From NCBI RefSeq assembly GCF_036321535.1, contig NC_087438.1, positions 4,218,001 to 4,282,000 on the forward strand: a stretch of DNA of 64,000 nt, written 5' to 3'. Under the pieces are notes generated by a model. That model made no database searches. It was not told where the DNA came from and saw only the letters and a list, made by a program, of their open reading frames with translations. The stretch comes from Camelus dromedarius. Its lineage: Eukaryota. The stretch's first letter is position 1. Each line of letters begins with the position of its first letter. Of the stretch, positions 12,141 to 24,262 are shown piece after piece. Position numbers and translations under genes: made by a program.

Positions 12141-13617
12141 TAGAGTAACCTTAACAACTCTTCTGTATTTCAACTTTATTTTTAAAAAGTCAATAACCTA
12201 AAGTGACATTTTAAACTTTAGTTTCATAAATTCAAGAAGGAAAAAGTGATTTTTTGGTATAATTCCAATTGGAATAACGTCATCATGGAGGAAAAAAAAT
12301 GCTGCCAACACAACACATGCCCTTTCAAGCAAGTTGATACCTTCACAATAATGTTCTCTTCCTTTGACAAACAGGTTTTCTTCTCTAAGCAGGCAGCCTG
12401 CTGCTCAGCATTTATTAAAAACATGTTTAGTGTTCTGCTCAAATCCATTTTCCAACTCCAAATGTGAAATTATTTTTATTGCTCTGCATGATTGCCAGAC
12501 TGATGACCAAGTTTGGGGTGAAGGGGGATTGGTCAAGGTTTACATTCTGGGCTGCAACAAATGACATTTGGAAAGCTTAGAAAAGCTAATAATCTATACA
12601 ATTCAATGTAGGACACGTGAGATGTAAGAGATACAGCCATCAGTCAACTCCCTAGATCACAAATGTTAATTAGGGGGTGGTAATTTTTTAAGCATTTAAG
12701 GTATTTTTAAGAATTAAGTTATTTGGCAATACAGCTAGCAGTCACGGCCTGTTTGTTCCTGACGCCAAGGGCTCTGGAGCCCTTCCTTCCACGGGCTGTC
12801 ACCTGCCCCAGCTGGAGCAGGTCATAGACAGTGGGGGAGAGAGGCATGCATCCCTCTGGAGGCTCCCGCTTCAGTTAGCCACGGATTTTACCTTTCTTTC
12901 TTAATGCAAGTCATCTTTTGAGAATGACGCACAGCAGGCTCCACCTGTACAGCGTCAGCTCAAACCCCACCTTGTCGCAACCCTGCATTTCAGTCCAAAG
13001 ACGGGTCTGGACCCACTGAGTCTGGACCCACAGAGTAGAGCCCCAGCAAGTCTCCTCAATTCTCAGAAAGCCAGTTTCCTCTTCTGTAAAATGGAACAAC
13101 TGAGTCCTGGGGTTTCCAAACAGATGACAGGGGTGACGTGCCTAACAGGAAGTGCGGGAAAGAGTTCCGGCTTAGAAGTCTTTGGTTCTGACAGTTAGCG
13201 AGCTGATGGACATGGGGGACTGGGGAGGTGTGAGTGGCACATCATGATGGAGTGTTTTTGTTTTCTATTTCTGAGTTCGTTGGCACTTCACGTTTTCTGT
13301 TTGAATGGGAGAAAGAGTGTCCACTGGTAATTATTTTGCTCTCAATGCTTTTGAGAAGGAGTATGTTGGAGTGTAAATTTATGTCATTCTCAAAACTACA
13401 TCTAAAAGTGAAGGTGAGAATTTGATGGAAGAAGGAAGGACTCAGCTGAGCTGGTGCCGGGAATGGTCCCTGGGCAGCCCTGGGGGTATTTCTGATGATT
13501 CCAGACCCAGAGGTGCTTACCTTTGTTGAGGACCGTGCTCAGTGTTCAGTTCTCACTATGGACACAGCAATCACTAAATCCTGTGCTGAAGAACCATGAG
13601 TTTAAAAACACTCTTAC

Positions 13618-13668
13618 CGACGAAGAGGTTGGCATAGTTTTCAACTTTCCAGCTGGGGGAACCTGGAA
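13618..13668 (-). CDS. Candidate 51-nt internal exon (FQVPPAGKLKTMPTSSS)
   Basis: Strong acceptor tttgtttttctttgcattgtggcgtgtttcAG and donor tcg|GTaaga; length is a multiple of 3. Confidence 0.35.
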
Positions 13669-15965
13669 CTGAAACACGCCACAATGCAAAGAAAAACAAA
13701 ACCCTTGGCAGAGTGGAACAGCTGAGTCCGCTCTTGGACCCCAGTGCCTGATGCCGGGGAAACCCAGGACCCTACACGGGCTCACTTCCTACTTTCCCCC
13801 CATCTTTTCCTTCATGCACAGCACAAAATGCCCTCTTCATCACCAGAAAGGAATCTGTTGCACATGAAATGCAATATAATCGTGAGGTTGTAGACAATTG
13901 CTTAACACCACAAGCCCTCACTTCCTCCACTGGTTCAAATAATCCCCAATAGAATGATTTCAAAAGGTGCCTGCTACTCTAACCGCTCACAATTAATTCT
14001 ATGGTTCTGTATAAACAGCCATGGTCATGTATGTTTTTTTTTAATATCTGAAAAAAAAATCTATCTGATATGAACAAGGATTAATTCAATTTCATTGCAA
14101 TGCATGGAGGAATTCTAACAAGTAGTTTAGAAAAATGTACCTCTGCATGGAAGCTATGAGAAACAGTTATCAATCTGAGGTTTATTTTAGAGAGTATGTT
14201 TAATGGAAATAGAAGGTTAAGCTAGAACAATAAAATTCAGAGGATGGAAGTAATAACACTTCTGACTGGCATGTCCATGGGCTTCACAGCACCCCAGGAG
14301 GCAGGGGCAGCTCCTCTTTCTTCCCTGTGTTTAAAGGTTGTAAGTGTCACTCATTCAGATGAGGCAGAGGGGGGCTGACAGCAGAAGATGTCTGAGAGCT
14401 CGCAAAGACAGTGATTGTCTCCAAGTGTGTTTATGTGCAGTGTCAGCCCTGTGTTTAAACAACCAGGGAGTCATTTCAACCTCCCTTGGGATCTTTCTGA
14501 TAAGGACTTCTGGCTTTGCCTCAGGATCTTTGAATGTGACTGTTTCACCTATACACGGGGTGTGAGTACAGCTGATGGAAACCAGCCCACATGAAAACAT
14601 AAAGCAGGGGAAGCAGGTCCCTCCCCACCTCAACAAGGAACAGGTTGTATCTTTTTAGGAAAATTTTTGAAGATGTAGTGAATGGCAAGTTATCTAGCAA
14701 GGTGTTTATGAGTTCTGCTTCAATGAGCAGAGATTGGGGGTAAGCATTTTAGGGAGAAGATGCGGATTGAGTGCAGTAAAAAAGAAAGCAAGTTCAGGGA
14801 AGCTGGTCATTGGGGAGGGGTGGTAGGCTGGGGGTCGGGGATGAGACACAAAGGGTGGTTTGGAATCACATCGGAGAGGGTGGGTCTTGTCTGCAAGAAC
14901 TGGAAACAAAGCAGGCACCGGAGAAGTGCTGAAGGATTTTGCTCAATAACCTAACTTGATTTCTTGAGGTTGTCAGAATGAAAAATTAATTGGGGTGAGT
15001 CTAGTCTGGGAGAGAGAAACTAAACAAGCCATACTTAAATAAGAAGTAATTGGGATGGTGCCCAAAACATGGTGTAAGGTCAAGAAATATTTGGTCAACT
15101 CGGCTATGAAGCAGCCATAAAGAAGGAGACAGACTCCAGAGACTGAGACAGAAAAAGCTGTAGGACCCATTGGTGTATTGTACTTAGGGGTCCCCAAAAT
15201 TACACAGTCCCAGCTAGTCTGACCGGGGGCATGGCCAGCCTATGCAGGCACCACGTCCATCTTGAAGGACCCTGTACTGGTAGTGATGTGATGGGTCTTA
15301 TGTTCGTCAGGTAACCATGGAAAAATTCTTCTAGAATCATTTTCTTTTGCACAGCTGAAGCCCCAGTCATCTGTTACTGGTTCATTTAAGGGCAATATTT
15401 CACCAGGATTCCCATTTACCCAAAATATTATCTAAAAATGTCCACCTCACACAAACACAGGAAAAACTTTTTTCCCAAAATATGACGTGGAAATATTCTC
15501 CTGGAAGCCACTGGAATGTGATTATAATTTACTGAACAGAAGCATAAACTATGCTACAGGGTTCTCTCCTGAGGAACCAAGTGCGCAGGGAAACGGTCGT
15601 GCTGGGCGCTCCCTTGCATCACGAGAGAGCGTGCCCAGCACCTGTGGCCAAAGCCCGCCAGACCTTAGTAATGATGGAAATAAAAATCACCCTTCTCCTT
15701 TCCAAACACCTTCCAGGAGGGTGGTGAGTCCCTAGATAGGAGCCTGGAGCACACAAAAGCAAGGTGGTGCAAAGACCCAGAAGGTAGCTGGGCTTGCCCA
15801 CAGCTTTCCAAGGAAAAGGCTGAGTCCAGGGGACGTATATGTCATTGTTACTGGAAAACTGAGCAATGAATGACTCCCACCAGGACTCGCTAAGGCTATA
15901 TATGACAGACAGAATCCTAAAGTGACCCGCTGGTGACCCACGCACCCTGGTAGAATCCCCTCCTA

Positions 15966-16460
15966 TGTTAGGGGGGACCTGGGAATGGGAGCAGGGCACA
16001 CCCCTCACATGCTGAGGTTTGTTGTAGGGCACAGGTGCCCTGATCTAGTGAACCGGTAGAACAAGCGTGGCTCTTCCTGGAGAAGGACATTCGAAGTGGA
16101 AAGGGGTTTGATGCAGTGGAAACTCTCCATCCCTGGCTATGAAAATGGAGACAGAGGGTCAGGCGGCAAGGAGCGTGCACTGCTTCTAGGAGCCGAGAGC
16201 AGCCCTCTGCTGACAACCTGCAGAAGAATGGAGACCTCAGTCCTACAACCGCAAAGACTGAACTCAGCCATCAACCTGAGTGAGCCTGGAAGCAGACCCT
16301 TGCCCAGAGCCTCCAGATCAGAAGGCAGCCAAATCAACACCTGATTCCAGTCTTGTGCTGAGTGTGGACTTCTGACCTTTGTATGTGACATAACAAATGG
16401 GTTTTGTTCTAAACTGCTAAGCGTGTGGTACTTCGTCATGCAGCAAGAGAAAATGAAACC
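15966..16460 (+). mobile_element. MaLR solo LTR (MLT1E-like)
   Basis: gaatggagacctcagtcctacaaccgcaaagactgaactcagccatcaacctgagtgagcctggaagcaga and end gtggtacttcgtcatgcagcaagagaaaatgaaac. Confidence 0.8.
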
Positions 16461-16550
16461 GAAGGTCTCAGTGAAATCTTCCTCAAGGCAACTCATTTTC
16501 TTTTGCTATCAATTTTATTATTACATTTATATTATCTGTCTTCTCCAATA

Positions 16551-16941
16551 TGTCAGTCTGGGTCCCGACAAGAAGCAGCATGTCAATAAGTCAACTGAGG
16601 AAAATTAATACAGGGGATGTTTACAGAGAGGTGGGCAGAAGTAAGAAAAATCAACATGGGAAGACGCAGCACCAGGGGTGCTGGCAGCACCGGGGAGACC
16701 CACAGGCTCAGGCGAGGGGCACTTCCAGAACCCAGAGAGCGGCTGTATTGAAAGTACAGAAAGTCACCAAGTTGCTGAGATCCCATAAGTAGGAACTGAA
16801 GATCGTCTTCCAGCATCACTGGCCAAACCCAACAGGAAGGCAGAAGAGAACTGGTCCTTGCAGGTCAGTCTTCTAGGGCATGCGGTAGGTGGGGCAGGGT
16901 GGAGGTAGGAGACGGAAAAGCAAATAAAACTCGTCAGCACA
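16551..16941 (-). mobile_element. ERVL solo LTR (LTR33-like)
   Basis: tgtcagtctgggtccc ... cactggccaaacccaacaggaaggcag ... gcaaataaaactcgtcagcaca. Confidence 0.65.
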
Positions 16942-17189
16942 GCAGAGATGCTGATACCAAAAGGGGTCCTGGACTGGAGCAGTCAGAGTTTGCACAAGTT
17001 CTAAAAAGTTCTAAAAAGAAAGGTGACCCATTGTAAATGGAGGAGATGTTAGTGCCTGTGGCAAATGTAATTCCTTTGGAGCTTGGACAACCCTGGGCCA
17101 TGGCAGATGCCAACGCCAAGGGAGTGCAGAGGTGCAGGGTCACAGCAGAGGTAATTCCCCTCCTGCGCCTACGGAGGAGGCTGCACAGA

Positions 17190-17460
17190 CGGCTGAGAGG
17201 AGAGAAGCTACTCTCAGTGAGAGAGTCACAGGGAAGAAGAGACATCTGAACTGCGCCTTGAGTTTGCAAGACAAGGAGGAAGGAGAGATATTCCAGAGAA
17301 GGCGACAGTGTGTGCAAAGGCACAAGGTAGGTCTTTTCAGGCAAAGTGAAGTGTGACCAGGGCAGAGAATATGTGTGTGATTGTGTGTGCACCTTGAGAG
17401 AAAGGGCACTGACATTAGATTAGGGTGAGGCCAGGTGATGCAAAGAGTTTAAATGCTAAA
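17190..17460 (-). mobile_element. L2 fragment
   Basis: gacatctgaactgcgccttgag...atattccagagaaggcgacagtgtgtgcaaaggcac. Confidence 0.55.
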
Positions 17461-17637
17461 AAAAAAAAAAAAAGCAATCAAATAATAAAATGCCTGCAGT
17501 ATGGAGATGCCTCAAATTTGAATAGAAACCCTCTCACTTAACAACTTTTCAGAGTTGAAATCCAAATATTAAATTCCCTTTTCCTCATAACTTAAAATCC
17601 AAAGAAATGAGAATGAAAAATTTTCCTCCCTAACTCC

Positions 17638-18116
17638 TGTGAACGAAAAATACTGCAAACCATCTCCGTAAACCAGGAATGCTGAAGCCATCAAGTCATC
17701 AGCGGCTGCCGCCACCCCCCAGTGCAGACAAGCCTGCAGCCCGGCCTCTGCAGCCACTCACAGTGGTGCCCTCTGAGGGGACCCAGAATAAGAAAGGACA
17801 GGACTCTGGCCCTAGATAGCGAGGTGCTTGTCAAAGGAATGAATTCAGTGAGCCCAAATGTTTGCTTCCTCCCATACATAGAAAAGCACTGAATTCTTTA
17901 ACTTGAGATGCCTGGTTTTCTTTAGACAACAAGTAAGCTTTCATTGTTCCAACTACCTGGTCTTTGTTGTAAAGCTCCTATATATCCTAGCTCCTCCCCA
18001 ACCTCTTCGGAGCAGTCCCTCAGAACCATCTGAGAGGCTGTCATCCCAGCTCGAGTCCTCCCGCCAAATAAAACATAACTCTCAACTTTCAGGCTGTGCA
18101 TTTATTTCAGTTGACA
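17638..18116 (+). mobile_element. ERV1-class solo LTR (MER41-related, artiodactyl type)
   Basis: TG...CA termini, perfect 4-bp TSD CTCC (17634-17637 / 18117-18120), TATA-like tatatat near 17979, AATAAA at 18067-18072. Confidence 0.85.
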
Positions 18117-20599
18117 CTCCCTAAACCAAGGGAGTTGAAGTCTAAAATCAAAAGGCTAAAGAAAATTTCAAAAGCCTAAAAATATTTTAAAGAAAAAATT
18201 TTAAAGTGTAAAGAAATTAAAATGAGAGAAAACAAAAGAACCTCTAGTTTGCTCCACATTAACCCAGGGCCTCTGTCAGGCGTCCAGGCTGCCCTGGGTT
18301 CCTGTCCGTCGCTGCCCCTGACTTGTCTTCCCTGACTTCGTCACGGAGATTTCAAGACCTCAGAGGCTGAGTTCCTTCAACACAAGGCCCTTGTGAGCCT
18401 CACACTTTAAAGAATCCAAAGTGTTAATCAAAACTTTAAGACAGTCTCGACCCTGGTGGCACCACGAATAGTAGAAAGCTCAGATCCCATGTACCTGGAG
18501 TCCATGGGTGTTCTACTCGCGTGGGTGTCTCGTGCGGGCCGGATGGCAGGGGGCAGGGGATGTGCACACTGCGCGGATTTGCCAGTCCTCAGGCCTCCTT
18601 TAAGGGCTCTCCTGTCTCACACGCATGCTCCGCTGAGGCACAAGGAGGGCCCGTCCGGGTGCAGGGCCCAGGAAGCCAGCCCTGAACCTGGACTCCGTCA
18701 CTTGTGATCTGAGCCTCGTCAAATACGATCTCCCATCGTGCCTGGTCTTGACACTAGGCATTTAGGAAAGAAAAAAAATGAGCACTATCTCTTCATCTCA
18801 GAGAGTCATACATCAGACGTCTGTCCCTTCTGCGAAGACTAGAAATGTGCGATTGTGGCATGCCAGTCCCAGGGCTCATTTGAGAGACTCCTCCTCTCCT
18901 TTCTGCATGTTATGAACACTCTCAATCTCCATTTTCCCTCAACTTCCCTCTTTCCTGCGGGCCCCAGTACTCCACGGATGGTGGGTTTTATCTAATGGCA
19001 TCAGCTCTGCTTTCTCTTATAAGTCCACCAGGGCCACAGAGGTGGCTGCCACCCCTTCCCACTGTGGATTGTACAGGTCTGTGAAACTTGCCCCATCAGA
19101 ACACTTTCCCCTCCTTCCCACCTGTATCCCAACTGAAGAACCAGCCTCACTGACGCATGAACAAGCGTGCTGGTGCTTCTGAAGTCCGCTTCCTCTGGAC
19201 CCAAGGAGGACCTGCCGTGTGCTCTCCAGATGCTTCTGTCCTCTCCCCTATAACCCAGGCTTTGGTCAGCATATCTGCTGTGACATCAGTGTTCTTCCTC
19301 CAGTGGTGGAGGAAGTGGAGTGGAGCACCCCCCTAGTGTCTTATTTCCCCCTAAGCTCAGCTGACTTCCTAACAGTTTGACATGCTTCTTAAGCTATTTC
19401 TTGCCTTTCCCCGTGAAATGGAAAGTTGGTACAACTTGCTGGAATTCAGCACCTTCCTTTGATCTTCTTTCAGCTTTCTACCCTCTGACATTTGTTTTTC
19501 TAGCGTATCGCACTAGATGTTGTCTTGGGAAGAATCCCATCATGAGAGAGACGAAATCTGGGAGTTCAAAATTGTCCAAAGACATCCCCTGCTCAAGGCA
19601 ATATTGCCTGTGTGTCCCTGAGTTAGATAACCCTACCTGGAGACGGCCCTCATCAGAGCCAGCTGACTCCACCCCTAATCTCAAGTTCCACGTCCTGGCT
19701 CACCTTGAATCGCTCCTCATTCACATGCCTTCTCTTGGGGTTCTAATTCCATGTGCAACTGCCGTGGATATGGTAGCGTGGGGTAAAGACATCAAAACAG
19801 CGATTGCACTGGCGCTTGCTTACATGTTCTTTGCCCACTTTGTGCTGACATTCCCAGCCTCACTCTCTTAAATCTCTGGTTTCTGGCCTGTTAGACCTAC
19901 AGCCTGTCTGTCCCCTGTGGCTCTGAGATGGTGGCCCAGATGCCCACGCCTTCCTGGGGAGTCACCCCAGGCTGTTTTCTGAGACCCCCCCAATAGATTT
20001 TTCTGGTGCCTTGTTACCCTTACTGATCTGACAAAAACCACGAAATTTTCTCATTGTAAATACTTTCCTTAAGAGAAGTTATATGGAATACATCTCATTT
20101 TCCCGGTCATATCTGAAGACCTCTGTGTTCACACGTTTCTCCAGTGTGGTCACTCTGCTTCTGCCCATGTTTTGAGTCTAAGTCTGAAGAACAGGCTTAA
20201 TACCATTGCAGCTCCTCCCAGATTCCCAGAGACAAACGAATGTGAACACGGTCACGTCGGCAATTCCCTAACCATTGGTTTTACAAGAACTTTGTTCCAT
20301 TGTTTTCCTCCATCTTAATCCAGGTGGATCATGTATTTTCTTCATCACCAGGGCCCTATTATTTTATTTGTACGTTACTAAAATTGACCGCCTTGTGTGA
20401 GTAGAACCATCATTTGGGGTTTGGGACTCTAAAACCTAAAGCTACATCCGAGTTTGTGGGAGGCACAAAAATCAAGGCACCCGGGGGCCGGTCTCCATCT
20501 CCCCAGGTGCTTCCTTCCAGCTCCAAGGCTTTAAAAATTCCACTCTTAGACTGACAACTTGCAAATTAGTATTTCACCTGAGTGCCAAACTAGGTCTTC

Positions 20600-21465
20600 T
20601 CAGCATCTCCTGAGGATTTCTAATCAGCATCACAAATTAATATATCTAAGACCAAATTCTCCATCCCCCCACTGGAAACTTGCTCCTCCCACGTCTCTCC
20701 CTCCTCAGTAATCTGTTCCCAGTTCCCAGTTGTGCAAACAAAAACTTAGATTTCCCTCTTGGTTGCTACCTTGATTTTCTTGATCCCCACTTCATCAGAA
20801 AATCTTATTGTCATGCCTCCAAAATGCTTCCCAAATACACACTCCTCTTCATGCTTATCTCTACCACCCTCTTCCAACCTCCATCATCTCTCACCTGACC
20901 TGTCTGTCTGCATCACTTTCCTGTGATACTGAGACCACAAAAACTGGAGTGAATCAGAGTGAATCCTCTAAGTAACAGCACAGCTTCTGATTCTTCCTAG
21001 AGTATAACTCATCTTGTGGCCAAACAGCTCATCCATAACCTCCCCTTAACCCTACCTGCCCTCTCCCTTGCAGGCCACCATTTTTCAGCCACATGAATTC
21101 TTTATCTGCTCCTAAAAGTACACCCAAGCTCACCCCCTACCTGGTGATCACTCACTAGCCAGTCCTTTTCTTGGACTGTTCTTTCCTTGAGTCTTTATGC
21201 GGCTGACTCTTCCATGTGGATCTTGGCTCAATGCTCCTCTTTAATGGGACTTTCAATGACCACCCAATCAAAATTACCCCTCCCTCATTCTCTGTCATCA
21301 GATGGCCCCATTCCATGTCTTACATTACACTTATCCCACTGTCTGGAATAATCTGGTTTGTTTATTTATCCACTTGTTCGTTATGTATCCTAGACTTGTC
21401 AGCTCTGTGAGAGCAGTTACCTTCACTGTGGTATTTCCTCTCAGTTCCCGTAACAGTGCCTGGCA
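20600..21465 (+). mobile_element. L2 LINE 3' portion
   Basis: atcagaaaatcttattgtcatgcctccaaaatg, tcttggctcaatgctcctct and 3' end aacagtgcctggcagag. Confidence 0.7.
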
Positions 21466-21779
21466 GAGCAAGAGGGAGCATCTGCCTTGCGCATCTCAAA
21501 CCAAAAGGCTGCCTGAGCAGTGCACCACTTGCAAGAAGTGAGATGACTCAGTTAAGTCCTGATAAGAAAAAAGAGGACCCAGAGAACTGAGGTGACAACA
21601 CGAAGAAAAATACCATTTCTCTTCCCAAAAGAGCCCAGAGTAAGAGAGTTGAAAACTTATTTGATAAGGTTGCTGCTGGAAACCAGAGAAGCAAAGCAAA
21701 GCAAATCCCCTCCTGTGTTTCCAACCCCGTGAACTGCAGCCCCACCCATCATCACAGAAGCCAGCATGTCACACCCTAC

Positions 21780-22000
21780 TCTCTTTTGACTCCAAACAGC
21801 AGGAGAAACTATTGATTCTATTTCTTCCACCACCTGCCTCTGCTCCCCCTTTTTACATCCCTACTGCCACAGGCTTGGTTCTGGCCTCACCATCTTCAGC
21901 TTGATCACTGCAGCAGTCACTCCATCGACAAACCCATCCTCCACCAAGTGGATCTTCCAAAATTGTCTCTCATCATGCCACTCGCTGTTTGAAAAACCAA
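21780..22000 (+). mobile_element. L2 fragment (probably continues at ~23150-23560 beyond the L1 insertion)
   Basis: ccctactgccacaggcttggttctggcctcaccatc and gatcttccaaaattgtctctcatcatgccactc. Confidence 0.5.
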
Positions 22001-22004
22001 GTTA

Positions 22005-23130
22005 GCTAGGGGCAGGGAAAATACAATAAAAGACGAGTTTGGACCATTTTTTGGTGCCTTCAAGTAAGAAGTTGCTCAATAATAGAAAGAAGGAAAGGAA
22101 GGAAGAGAGGGAGGAAGGAGGGAAGGAAACACGTCAAAAAGACACAAGAGTCAACCTGATAAAGCTCTCTATGACCAAAGCTAAAACAAGTTCAGCAATA
22201 AAACACATAGTAATGATAGTATTGGATTATAACTCAAAGACTCAAATAAATATCCAAGTGCATACTGATATGAACAACTGATTGAATCAATCAATCAATC
22301 ACAAATATCCCTTAGAGAGTAATGCTCACAAATAAGCATAGAAGGGATGAGGGAAATAAAAAGTCACCATTAGAAGACCACAGTAAAAATTCTTGCAGGC
22401 AAGGCTCACTGATGAATGCTAACACTGAAGGGCAAAAACTTAAGGAGAAAGATACTATTTAATTTTTGTGTTGGGGGGTAGGTAGTTAGGTTTATTTATC
22501 TACTTATTTTTAGAGCAGGTGTTGGGGATTGAACCCAGGACCTCATGCATGCTAAGTACATGCTCTATGGCTGAGCTATACCCTCCCTCTTATATTTATT
22601 TAACCTCAAAGTATCTTCCCCAAAATTAAATTGAGAAACGTGGTAACTTTATAATGGAGAATCCCCACCAGCAACACCTTTATCAAGTGATCGAGGTTAA
22701 CATCACGAGGACTGAGCGCTCCTCGCATCCATGTGCTGAGAACAGTCCACCGCCTCTGTGGTACTCTTCCTCAAAATCCTTAACCTCGATCTGATTGTGA
22801 GAAAACATCACACAAACCCAGAGAGAGAGATGTTTTACAAAACACCTGACCAATAGTCTTCAAACATGTCAGGACAATGAAGCGTTTAGGGAACACAGAG
22901 AAAAAGATTGGCAGAGGCTAAGGAAACACAAGGATGATGAAATGCATCATGGAAACTGGTTTGGTTGGATCCCTTAACAGAAAAGGACGTTAGTGGGAAA
23001 ACATGAAATGTTAAGCGTTTGCAGTTTCATCGATAATATTATACCAATGGCAATTTCTAGTTTTGACAAACACATTTTCTATCTTTGCAATGCTTCTATT
23101 AATCTAAAATTATTTTAAATAAAGAGTAAA
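22005..23130 (+). mobile_element. L1MC/L1MD-type 3' UTR fragment
   Basis: Visibly paralogous to 35820-36715 in this window (gtattggattata, caagtgatcgaggttaacatc, gagaaaacatcacacaaaccc); ends aaaattattttaaataaa. Confidence 0.8.
22463..22588 (-). mobile_element. tRNA-derived SINE, Vic-1 type (camelid)
   Basis: Reverse strand gggagggtatagctcagccatagagcatgtacttagcatgcatgaggtcctgggttcaatcccc with A and B boxes, tail aaataaacctaactacct, flanked by tatttaa direct repeats. Confidence 0.85.
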
Positions 23131-24155
23131 GAATAAAATGTTAAGGCCCTTAGCTAGCTTGCCATGATCACTAGATTGTAAACTCTTTGCTGTGACACTG
23201 GAACCACCCACGATCTTAGCTCCTATTGCTCTCTGTCTGGTTCCATGTGGAATGATCCTTCGTAACAGTTTCCCTCCATTGCCCCCCCCCCATATACTGA
23301 AATTGCATCACTCTCCAACCACACTAAGATGCTCAAAGGCCCCCAAAGGCAGCACCTGCTTCATACTCATGGCCCTTGAGATTTCCTCTCTCTTTCTTGG
23401 ATTCTGCTTCTCAACCAACTCCTTTTTCAAAATTCAAATCAAAAGTCACTTTTGCATAACTTTCCTGAGCTCTCACTTCCATGATAGGCAGATAAACTGT
23501 TCCTTCTTCATGTGGCCCCCGGCTCTGCACACACTGTGCTCACCTCTACCACAGCCAAGGACAGGACTCGTGCGTGTTTATCTCTATTGTCCTCAATCAA
23601 TACTAACTATGCGTGAGGTTAATTGGGAAGGACAGTCTTCCTGGAGCTGGATGAACCTGTCTAGCTAATCAGGATTTGCAGACAGAGCCTTGCAGGAGGT
23701 GGTGGGGGAGGTACTGGCAGTGTGCGTCCTGGGGGGTGGAGCTCATCCATCACTGCCCTCGCCTTCCAGACCTGCCAGCAGCCAACTGTAAAGTGTCTGC
23801 AGGAAAGGTCATTTCCTTGAGTTCTGTGAAAAACCAGTGTCTAAGCTAAAACGTATAACAATCATAAAGAAAAGTTTACTCCTCAAGAAAATAGTTGCTT
23901 TTAGATGTAGCAGAATGTAAACAGCGTTACTGAGACACAGACAGGAACTAGGCTTACTCCTCATTAAATCAATTCCTTTAGTAGGCGGTGCTTTCTGTAG
24001 CCAGCTTGTGTTAGCCCATGTATTTAAAAGTAAGAAAACTGCATTCCTTCATAAAAGCCTACATCTCACATTTTTCACAATTTTGCAAGACCTGCTCCTC
24101 TATGCCTGCGCGAAGCCAAGTGACAGCAGATTCTGGTCGGGCACTGCTCACTCAC

Positions 24156-24262
24156 AGCAGTGCCCTTGGAGATTCGGAAAGGGAGAGGTCTGTCTGCCTT
24201 GTGATTCTGAGTCCGTCCTCGCTCTGACCTGACGTCGGCCGTTCTCCCAGACCACGAGCTTA
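24156..24262 (-). CDS. Candidate 107-nt internal exon (SSWSGRTADVRSERGRTQNHKADRPLPFRISKGTA)
   Basis: gctctcacttcAG | ... gct | GTgagt; phase 1-0, open frame, locally CpG-retaining. Confidence 0.3.

Noticed and set aside
12341..12397. 57-nt phase-0 minus-strand exon candidate (AACLEKKTCLSKEENIIVK)
   Set aside because: Fits the frame of the first chain, but has a poor pyrimidine tract and a weak GTATCA donor.
18935..20400. Possible decayed LTR-retroelement integrase with polypurine tract on the minus strand (TPRYH, GESVL, PQWEG)
   Set aside because: Motifs are short, need frameshifts, and are spaced further apart than I expect for an integrase; left unassigned.
22515..22588. tRNA gene
   Set aside because: It is the tRNA-derived head of a SINE with a tail and direct repeats, not an intact cloverleaf gene.
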